The position numbers and the translations under genes are program-made. From NCBI GenBank assembly GCA_003194425.1, contig PQXB01000003.1:30001-62000 (forward strand): a DNA stretch of 32,000 nt, in the 5' to 3' direction. The stretch comes from Candidatus Methanophagaceae archaeon (GTDB lineage: Archaea; Halobacteriota; Syntropharchaeia; Alkanophagales; Methanospirareceae). Below the pieces are notes generated by a model that had not been told where the DNA came from, made no database searches, and saw only the letters and a list, made by a program, of their open reading frames with translations. This document shows, one piece after another, positions 20,682-27,258 of the stretch; within the stretch, counting starts at the first letter, position 1, and each line of letters begins with the position of its first letter.

Positions 20682-21833
20682 CTACCACTTCTCTACCTCT
20701 TCTACCACCTGCTCTAACGCCTCGATTGTCCTCGAGACCTCGTCCTCGGTTATGTTTCCCATCGTGGCGATTCGGAAAATCTTGCCCTTCAGCCGCCCCT
20801 GCCCGCCTGCTACTCTTACGCCTCTCTCCAGCATTCCGCCCCGAATCTGCTCGTCCCCGTCCACAAGCCCCTTGCCTTCAGGAATCTTGACCGCGGTAAC
20901 CGTGTTTGAGTAACTGCTCACCTCGTTCAGCCGTGGGAACAACTCAAGCCCAAGCCCTCTAACTGCGTTTCGAACCGTCTCCGCCAGCCTTCTGTGCCGT
21001 TCTACCCGCCTCGTCAGCCCCTCCTCTTTTACCACCTCCAACGCCTCGTGCAGTGCGAAGAAGAGAGGCAGAGCGGGCGTGTAGGGCGTCTGCCGCTTCT
21101 CAAAACTCTTCTTGTAAGCCACGAGGTCAGCGTAGTAAGGTCGTTTTTTATTTTTCTTTTCTTTCTCTTTTTCCTCTTTGTTCTCCTGAATCAAGTCCCA
21201 CGCCTTCTCGCTGACCGAGACCGCAGACAGCCCTGGCGGAGCACCTAAGCATTTCTGCGAGCCCACGATCGCGATGTCCACGCCGAACTCGTCCACCAGA
21301 ACTTCGTCTCCCCCAATTGAAGTGACGCAGTCAAGCACAAAGACCGCGTCGTGCTTCCTCGCAAGCCGCCCTACTTCCCTCGCGGGATTGAGAATGCCCG
21401 TTGAGGTCTCGTTGTGCACCAGCGTAACCACTTTGGGTGCGGAGCTGGGACTTTCTTCCAAAGCCGCCTTCACCACTTCTAACTCAATCGGGCTTCCCCA
21501 GTCAAAGTTCGCCTCTCTTTTACGCTTCCCGCCTCCGCCCCCCGCCGCGATCTCAGAGAACCGCTCTCCAAATTTGCCGTTCGCTACGCAGACCACTCTC
21601 GTCCCCTCTGCAGCGAGGTTTTCTACTGCCGCTTCCATCGCGCAAGTTCCCGACCCGCTCAGCACAAAGAGGTCGTTCCTCGTCTGAAAAATCTCTTTCA
21701 GCCCCTCCACAATCTCCGCGTACAACTGCCCGAATTCTTCTCCCCTGTGAAAAATCATTGGCTTTGACATCGCCTCTCGAATCCGCGGCAGCACCGGCAC
21801 CGGTCCCGGAATCATCAACAACTCCTCTTCCAT
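20682..21833 (-). CDS. class V PLP-dependent aminotransferase (serine-pyruvate / phosphoserine aminotransferase-like)
   Basis: MIPGPVPV N-terminus, NETSTG, FVLDCVTS, SQKCLGAPPGLS (PLP lysine). Two low-complexity inserts (GGGGGKRKRE; ENKEEKEKEKKNKKR). Confidence 0.8.
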   Translation of the reverse strand: MEEELLMIPGPVPVLPRIREAMSKPMIFHRGEEFGQLYAEIVEGLKEIFQTRNDLFVLSGSGTCAMEAAVENLAAEGTRVVCVANGKFGERFSEIAAGGGGGKRKREANFDWGSPIELEVVKAALEESPSSAPKVVTLVHNETSTGILNPAREVGRLARKHDAVFVLDCVTSIGGDEVLVDEFGVDIAIVGSQKCLGAPPGLSAVSVSEKAWDLIQENKEEKEKEKKNKKRPYYADLVAYKKSFEKRQTPYTPALPLFFALHEALEVVKEEGLTRRVERHRRLAETVRNAVRGLGLELFPRLNEVSSYSNTVTAVKIPEGKGLVDGDEQIRGGMLERGVRVAGGQGRLKGKIFRIATMGNITEDEVSRTIEALEQVVEEVEKW

Positions 21834-22132
21834 ATTTCTCTCAAATCCTTTCTTTCATTTAATCACAAGCAAATGCGACCCTTCGCCAAGCTCCGTTGAA
21901 TTCTGCAACTTCATATTCCGCCCATCCAAAGTCAACGCAACCTCCTCTGGAACCTCCGAAGCTTCCCATGCCAAAGTCGTCCTCTCTCCTGCCGGAACCC
22001 CTACGCTGAGATTCCAAGTTCCTCTCTCCCGGTCTTTGTTTAGCTCAGTTGCAAAAAACTTATTCTCTCTTTCGCTTTTGCATCGTTTTCGCTTTCTTAT
22101 TTTATTCTTCTTTTAGCACTTTTTAAAAAGTT

Positions 22133-23008
22133 ATGAAAGAGGTGCTGAGGCGGTTTGCGAGCGGGAAAATAAGTCTGGAAGAGGCGTGCGAGGTGTTGAA
22201 GACAGAGTTGAGGTTAGAGTTGAGGTCAGAGTTGAGGTCAGAGTTGAGGTCAGAGTTAAAGTCAGAGTTGAAGTTAGAGGGGGTGAGAAGAGTGAAGGAT
22301 TTTGCGAGAATTGACGCGGACCGACTGCAGAGGACGGGCGTGCCAGAAATAATCTTTGCCGAGGGGAAGAGCAGCGACGAGGTGGCGGAAATCGCTGTGG
22401 CACTCGCAACCGCAAAGGGCTTTGCGTTGGTGAGCAGGGCGAGCGGAGAAGACGCAGCCGCGGTAAAAGCTGCAGTAAAAGTGCGTGTAAAAAAAAATAA
22501 AAATAAAAGTAGAGATGCAGAAGTAGAATTTGAGGTTGACTACAACGGTGCTGCGGGGACGGTTGTGGTGAAGAGGAGGGGGCACGAGTTTGAGAAGGCG
22601 GGAAAAATCGGCTTAATCGCGGCTGGAACCGCGGACATTCCTGTCGCCGAGGAGGTGAGGGTTGTGGCTGAGGTCTGCGGGTGTGAGGTGGTAAAAGCGT
22701 ACGATGTGGGAATTGCGGGCTTGCACAGGCTTGTAGAACCGCTTGAAAAGATTTTAAGGGCTGGCGTGGCGGCGGTCGTCGTGGTCGCAGGAATGGAGGG
22801 TGCGTTGCCCTCGGTTGTAGCAAGTCTTGTGGACGTGCCTGTAGTAGGCGTTCCGACTTCGGTGGGCTACGGGTTGGGCGGCGAAGGAGTAGCAGCGATT
22901 CTTTCGATGCTGCAGAGCTGCTCGCCTGGTTTGGCGGTGGTAAACATTGACAACGGCGTCGGAGCGGGGACGTTCGCTGCAAAATGCGCGCGATATTTTC
23001 TCCGTTAA
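22133..23008 (+). CDS. larB: LarB-like (PurE/AIR-carboxylase family) nickel-pincer cofactor biosynthesis protein
   Basis: DRLQRTGVPEIIFAEGKS, GLIAAGTADIPVAEE, VVVAGMEGALPSVVA, VVGVPTSVGYG, VNIDNGVGAG. Carries an (ELRS)n insert and a K-rich insert. Confidence 0.75.
   Translation: MKEVLRRFASGKISLEEACEVLKTELRLELRSELRSELRSELKSELKLEGVRRVKDFARIDADRLQRTGVPEIIFAEGKSSDEVAEIAVALATAKGFALVSRASGEDAAAVKAAVKVRVKKNKNKSRDAEVEFEVDYNGAAGTVVVKRRGHEFEKAGKIGLIAAGTADIPVAEEVRVVAEVCGCEVVKAYDVGIAGLHRLVEPLEKILRAGVAAVVVVAGMEGALPSVVASLVDVPVVGVPTSVGYGLGGEGVAAILSMLQSCSPGLAVVNIDNGVGAGTFAAKCARYFLR
22205..22279. repeat. 12-nt tandem array gagttgaggtca x6.25 inside larB
   Basis: Read directly. The three central copies are perfect and the edges diverge. 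Encodes (ELRS)n. Confidence 0.95.
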
Positions 23009-23015
23009 ATAACCT

Positions 23016-23678
23016 TCAATCTAGCAAAACCCCGTCCCGCATCCTTTTTGTCATTCCTGCGCGTGCTGCAATCTCGGCGTCGTGCGTTACCACAATCACC
23101 GTCCGTCCCTCGCGATTCAGTCCCTCCAAAATCTCCATTATTGCGTTTCCCGCCTCTGTGTCCACATTTCCAGTCGGCTCGTCGCCGATGACGATTTCGG
23201 GGTCGTTTGAGAGTGCACGTGCGATCGCGACGCGTTGCTGCTGCCCGCCGCTCAGCTCCGCGGGTTTGTGTTGCAGCCGGTCGCCGAGCCCGACCTTTGC
23301 AAGCAGTTCCTCCGCCCGCTCCGTTCGTGTCTCGTGCCGCACGCCCGCGAAGAACATTGGAAGCGCGACATTTTCAAGTGCGTTTAAGGTGTGAATGAGG
23401 TTGAACTGCTGGAAGATGAACCCGATTTTCTCACGCCTTATTTCCGCAAGCTCGTTCTCGGTCAGCGACGCGGTGTCGGTGCAGCCGATGAAAACCGCCC
23501 CGCTCGTCGGCTTGTCCAAGCAGCCGAGCATATTTAGGAGAGTGGATTTTCCGGAGCCAGACGGGCCAATTATCGCAAGAAATTCGCGGTCCGCAATCTC
23601 CAAATTCACATCCCGAAGTGCTTGGACCTCCACCTTGCCCATTTTGTAAATTTTTGTTAGGTGCTCGGTGCGAATCAT
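23016..23678 (-). CDS. ABC transporter ATP-binding protein (MacB/LolD/FtsE-like)
   Basis: Walker A GPSGSGKST, Q-loop, signature LSGGQQQRV, Walker B IVIGDEPTG, H-loop VTHD. ATG 23678 (MIRTEHLTKIY) is preferred over GTG 23696. Confidence 0.9.
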   Translation of the reverse strand: MIRTEHLTKIYKMGKVEVQALRDVNLEIADREFLAIIGPSGSGKSTLLNMLGCLDKPTSGAVFIGCTDTASLTENELAEIRREKIGFIFQQFNLIHTLNALENVALPMFFAGVRHETRTERAEELLAKVGLGDRLQHKPAELSGGQQQRVAIARALSNDPEIVIGDEPTGNVDTEAGNAIMEILEGLNREGRTVIVVTHDAEIAARAGMTKRMRDGVLLD

Positions 23679-23716
23679 TCTAACAATGTTTTTCACGCAT
23701 TTTTGTTTTTTCTTTT

Positions 23717-23755
23717 GCGTGTTTGTTTTGCGTGTTTGTTTTGCGTGTTTGTCTT
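23717..23755. repeat. intergenic 13-nt tandem repeat gcgtgtttgtttt x3
   Basis: Read directly. Lies upstream of the ABC ATPase in the divergent region. Confidence 0.93.
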
Positions 23756-23818
23756 GTTTTTATAAAAGGAAAAAACATTTTTTAAAGGAAGGAACATTTA
23801 TTTAAGTGGTGAGAAAAA

Positions 23819-24208
23819 ATGGCAGAAACCATAATATTGTGCAAGGAGGGGACAATAAGCTCGTATTTGGACAGTCTTGTTGTCGCCGCAAACCGAAAGA
23901 AGGCAGGAGAAGACATAGCAGTGGTATTTATGGACGAAGGCTTGGCAGCGCTGGTGGACGGGAAGTTCAGGTTCCCTGCAGGGTTGGAGAGCTACGCGGA
24001 GGAGATAAAGAAGAACGCAGCGCGGATGGGTGTTCCTTCAGACCCATTCGAACTGATAAAAATGGCGAGCGGTGCGGGGGTGCCCTTGTACGCGAATTTT
24101 GCGTGGGCGAAACTCTTGGGGGTAGAAGTCCCGGAAGGGCTGCAGAAGATGGAGTTGAAGGAGTTTTTGGCGGAGTTAGGCAAAGCTAAACAGGTTATCT
24201 CGTTTTAA
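23819..24208 (+). CDS. DsrE/DsrF-like family protein
   Basis: 129 aa with a DsrE-like layout (IILC..G......SLVVAA......EDIAVVFMDEGL... and C-terminal GVPLYAN......LG.........KQVISF). GGTGA lies 7 nt upstream of the ATG. Confidence 0.45.
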   Translation: MAETIILCKEGTISSYLDSLVVAANRKKAGEDIAVVFMDEGLAALVDGKFRFPAGLESYAEEIKKNAARMGVPSDPFELIKMASGAGVPLYANFAWAKLLGVEVPEGLQKMELKEFLAELGKAKQVISF

Positions 24209-24213
24209 CCGAC

Positions 24214-24241
24214 CTAACCTGACTCCGCTAACTTGACTCCG
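24214..24241. repeat. intergenic 14-nt tandem duplication (ctaacctgactccg / ctaacttgactccg)
   Basis: Read directly. Lies just after the DsrE-like gene's stop. Confidence 0.9.
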
Positions 24242-24303
24242 CTTTTCTTCCCTCCTACCTCTCCTCTTAGGGAAAGGTGGAGAAGGGGGAAGGGGGAAGA
24301 CTA

Positions 24304-24316
24304 TTTTTTTATTTTT
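24304..24316 (+). terminator. oligo-T tract (T7 A T5), candidate archaeal terminator for the DsrE-like gene
   Basis: T-run on the + strand in the convergent spacer about 96 nt past the stop. Archaeal termination commonly uses oligo-T. Confidence 0.3.
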
Positions 24317-24325
24317 GTCTTTGTT

Positions 24326-25909
24326 TCAGTCCTTTCCGAACTGCTCCACCGCACTCTCCGCAGCGTCGACCATAACATCCCGATGCAACGAGACGCAGGG
24401 GTCAAAGCTCTTCTCCATTCTGCTCAACTCCTTCGCTGTCACCCCTTTTCTGATTGCGTTGCAGAGCCCGTCAATTCTGTCCGCAACCATTTCCTCGGAG
24501 ACTAACTGCGCACCTACCAACCGCTCGGAATAAGAGTCGAAGAGCAATTTCACCGCCATTGTTTTCCTCCCTTGGTAGAACCTCGCTCTCGTTGGCTTTT
24601 CCTTCTTTCCGCTCACCACTTTCATCCCGAACCTCGCAGCGGTCTCGGTTGTAATTCCTACCGTGCCTACTTGGAAGTCTGAGATCGTCGCCACCGCGGG
24701 GCTCAGGGCAGGCTCAAGCGAGTAGCCGACGCCCGTCAAATTATTTGCAACGACTTTCGCCTGCACCAGTGCGGAAGAGGCGAGTTGGCTCAGTCTCGGG
24801 CGAAGCGTAATTGCGTCTACGACCTCTACACAGTCGCCGAGTGCGTAGACATTTTTTATGTATTTTCCCCCCTCCGCCTGCCCCTGCCTTCTTTTAACCT
24901 GTAGGTACTGGTTGGTTACAATTCCGCCAGTCTCGCCGATTTGCAGACCTGCCTTCTCTGCCAATTCTGTATTTGGAATCATCCCTCTCGAAATCACGAC
25001 AATATCTGCAGGAATTTCCTCTCTTTCTCCCTCTCCCTCTCTTTCTCCCTCTCCCTCTCTTTCTCCCTCTCCCTCTCTTTCTCCCTCTCCCTCTCTTGCC
25101 TCTGGCCCTCCTACCACGACTGACTTCACCTTTGACTTCACCTTCGCACCGTCGCCTTTTATCTCCTTCACCTGTTTTCCAAAAATGAACTCAACCCCCT
25201 CCTTCTCCAGCCTTGCACGAACTAAAGAGCCCATATCGGGGTCTAAAATGCTGGAGAGCGGTGTTGGATGCCCGACTACAACCCTCGTCTTCAACCCCTT
25301 TTTCAAGAAAGCGAGAGCCACCTGCAGCCCAATCGTACCACCGCCGAGAACCACTGCGTTCTTCGCTTCCGGAGAATTCATCGCCGCCTCTATCTTCTCG
25401 CCGTCTTCTACGGTGCTCATTGTGTAAACCCCTGCCAGTCCTCTCCCTTCTCCTTCTGCTCCAGGTATTTTAAGGACATCAGGGACACGAGGTCGCCGCC
25501 CGGTCGCGATTACGAGAAAATCATATTTTATCTCCTCTTCACTCCCGAGACTTCCAGGACTCCCAGGACTCCCGAGACTCCCAGGACTCCCGAGACTCCC
25601 AGGACTCCCGAGACTCCCAAGACGCACGCTGCTCTCTTCTAAATTAATTCCCGTCGCTTCGGTCTCTGTTCGGTAGTCAATGCCGTGGCTAACGAAGGTC
25701 TCTGGCGGGTCAATCTCCGCGACCTCCTTCATATTAAAAACCCCTTGCAATGCAAGTGGCACCGCGCAAATAGATGCAGAACCGCCCTTCTCCTTCTTCA
25801 CAAGCGTTATCTCAAACTGCTTGAGAACCTCCGCCCCTTTCTTAAATAGTGCTTCCACCGTGTATGTCCCCGCGTCACCACCGCCAATTATCACTAATTT
25901 TTTCGCCAT
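24326..25909 (-). CDS. FAD-dependent pyridine nucleotide-disulfide oxidoreductase (NADH oxidase / CoA-disulfide reductase-like)
   Basis: KLVIIGGGDAG dinucleotide fold, single redox Cys context (SASICAVP), second Rossmann VVLGGGTIGLQ, YALGDC. ATG 25909 with AAGGAGGG upstream is preferred over 25927. Two perfect-repeat inserts. Confidence 0.8.
   Translation of the reverse strand: MAKKLVIIGGGDAGTYTVEALFKKGAEVLKQFEITLVKKEKGGSASICAVPLALQGVFNMKEVAEIDPPETFVSHGIDYRTETEATGINLEESSVRLGSLGSPGSLGSPGSLGSPGSPGSLGSEEEIKYDFLVIATGRRPRVPDVLKIPGAEGEGRGLAGVYTMSTVEDGEKIEAAMNSPEAKNAVVLGGGTIGLQVALAFLKKGLKTRVVVGHPTPLSSILDPDMGSLVRARLEKEGVEFIFGKQVKEIKGDGAKVKSKVKSVVVGGPEAREGEGEREGEGEREGEGEREGEGEREEIPADIVVISRGMIPNTELAEKAGLQIGETGGIVTNQYLQVKRRQGQAEGGKYIKNVYALGDCVEVVDAITLRPRLSQLASSALVQAKVVANNLTGVGYSLEPALSPAVATISDFQVGTVGITTETAARFGMKVVSGKKEKPTRARFYQGRKTMAVKLLFDSYSERLVGAQLVSEEMVADRIDGLCNAIRKGVTAKELSRMEKSFDPCVSLHRDVMVDAAESAVEQFGKD
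25021..25092. repeat. 18-nt tandem repeat ctctttctccctctccct x4, perfect, inside the oxidoreductase gene
   Basis: Read directly. Encodes (REGEGE)4 on the minus strand. Confidence 0.97.
25541..25621. repeat. 9-nt tandem array (actcccgag / actcccagg) x9 inside the oxidoreductase gene
   Basis: Read directly. Encodes (LGS/PGS)9 on the minus strand. Confidence 0.95.
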
Positions 25910-25946
25910 TTTCCCTCCTTTAAACATTCTCTATTTCAGTATAAAA

Positions 25947-26900
25947 ATGCAGGAAAGCCTGATGATGGAGTGCATACAGCGCATACAATGCGCCGAGGCG
26001 GTAGTAGAGTTAGAGGAAAACTGCGACCTCGTGTGTAAACGGCGAGTAGCGAAGCGGTACAGGGTAAAGGAAATAGACGAGCGGCTAAGGCGGGAGAGGA
26101 CGAAGAGCGAAGCGAAAATAATCTCGGAAGCGAGGCGGAGAGGCGTCCTTACGCCAATTATTTTCGACATTTCCGACTACGAAATCGTGATGGAGCGGGT
26201 AGAGGGGGTCTTGGCGAGAGAGGTGTTTGAGCGGGAGGGCGAGGCAGACGAGGGCAGCGAAGTGGGTGAGGGCAGCGAAGTGGGTGAGGGCAGCGAAGTG
26301 GGTGAGGGCAGCGAAGCGGTAAGCGAGAAAATAGGCGAGTTTGTCGGCGTCTTGCACGAGAACGGGATAATTCACGGCGACTTGACTACCTCTAATATCA
26401 TCGTCGTGAGACGGGACGGTAGGGAGAGAACCGTCTATTTCATTGACTTCGGGCTCTCCTTCTACGAATCGAGCGTAGAAGCGAGGGGCGTAGACGTGCA
26501 CGTATTTTTCCAGAGCCTTCAAGGCACGCACGAAAGACACGAGCGTTTAAAGGACGGCTTTGTGCGGGGCTACAAAAAATCCTCCCCTGACGCAGCACGA
26601 GTGCTGAAAAGGGTAGAGGAAATCGAGCATCGGGGGCGGTACGTGAAGAGGAAGAGAGAGAAGACAGAGAACTGGAGAAGAGAGAAGACAGAGAACTGGA
26701 GAAGAGAGAAGAAGAAGAAAACTTCAACTCCAAAATTCCAAGACACTCACGTACGAGAGCGTTACAACCACCCCAGCGAGCAGCACGCCTGCAAAAATAG
26801 CACTAAACGCGTGCCTGCTGCGAATGCCGAAGACGAACGCGACTGCACACGCCGTCCAGGCTCCTGTTACGGGCAGAGGAACGGCGACGAACGGAATTAG
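25947..26900 (+). CDS. bud32: KEOPS subunit Bud32 (Kae1-associated kinase/ATPase) with an atypically long C-terminal tail
   Basis: K(R)RY..K..DE.LR..RT..EA.I...AR..GV, IIHGDLTTSNI, YFIDFGLS, GVDVHVF, IE.RGRY. The track ORF from 25680 is antisense overlap with the neighbour; ATG 25947 gives the Bud32 N-terminus. The first in-frame stop is only at 26898-26900. Confidence 0.8.
   Translation: MQESLMMECIQRIQCAEAVVELEENCDLVCKRRVAKRYRVKEIDERLRRERTKSEAKIISEARRRGVLTPIIFDISDYEIVMERVEGVLAREVFEREGEADEGSEVGEGSEVGEGSEVGEGSEAVSEKIGEFVGVLHENGIIHGDLTTSNIIVVRRDGRERTVYFIDFGLSFYESSVEARGVDVHVFFQSLQGTHERHERLKDGFVRGYKKSSPDAARVLKRVEEIEHRGRYVKRKREKTENWRREKTENWRREKKKKTSTPKFQDTHVRERYNHPSEQHACKNSTKRVPAANAEDERDCTRRPGSCYGQRNGDERN
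26250..26321. repeat. 18-nt tandem repeat gagggcagcgaagtgggt x4 (last copy 1 mismatch) inside bud32
   Basis: Read directly. Encodes (EGSEVG)n. Confidence 0.96.
26655..26714. repeat. 24-nt tandem repeat agagagaagacagagaactggaga x2.5 in the bud32 tail
   Basis: Read directly. Encodes REKTENWR twice. Confidence 0.95.
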
Positions 26901-27209
26901 CCCCAGAGACCCGTATTTTTCCATTCGGTCGTTGTACCGCCTCGTTCGTGAGAAGAGCCAGTCAAAGAACCTGTCGAATGCCGAGAATCGCCGCAGCCAG
27001 TTTGAGACCGGCTCGAGAAAGAGGAGTAAAAGCACGACCGGCAGCATATTTCCTACTACCGAGAGAAGAAAGGCTCGTGAGGGCGGCATTCCGAAAAAGC
27101 TGATTGCAAACGGAATGGAAGTCCGGAGCTCGCCAAACGGGACCGTAGCCATCAAGACCACCTGCAGGCTCTCCAACGCTGCTCCAGCAACAGCAAAACT
27201 GAAAGGCAT
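26724..27209 (-). CDS. small membrane protein, putative small multidrug-export family (COG2426-like)
   Basis: 161 aa with 4 TM segments; FGELRTSIPFAI and PLPVTGAWTA motifs as I recall for that family. ATG start. Confidence 0.5.
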   Translation of the reverse strand: MPFSFAVAGAALESLQVVLMATVPFGELRTSIPFAISFFGMPPSRAFLLSVVGNMLPVVLLLLFLEPVSNWLRRFSAFDRFFDWLFSRTRRYNDRMEKYGSLGLIPFVAVPLPVTGAWTACAVAFVFGIRSRHAFSAIFAGVLLAGVVVTLSYVSVLEFWS

Positions 27210-27229
27210 ACTTCTTAATTAAGTTCGCA

Positions 27230-27241
27230 CTTTTATAAAAG
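27230..27241. promoter_or_regulatory. perfectly palindromic TATA-like element cttttataaaag shared by divergent genes
   Basis: Self-complementary 12-mer in the 49-bp spacer. Its centre is about 24 nt from the sepS ATG (27259) and about 27 nt from the minus-strand ATG (27209). No SD-like sequence precedes either start. Confidence 0.4.
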
Positions 27242-27258
27242 CAGGATAAAACCAAGCG

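Noticed and set aside
22131-22982. 283-aa minus-strand ORF spanning almost all of larB
   Set aside because: The P/S/R/L-rich low-complexity translation has no motifs, while the + strand encodes a clean LarB/PurE-family protein. This is a typical antisense shadow ORF in stop-poor GC-rich sequence.
25680-25946. 89-codon N-terminal extension of the bud32 ORF in the track
   Set aside because: The extension is antisense to the N-terminus (FAD-binding fold) of the oxidoreductase. The Bud32 homology begins at ATG 25947.
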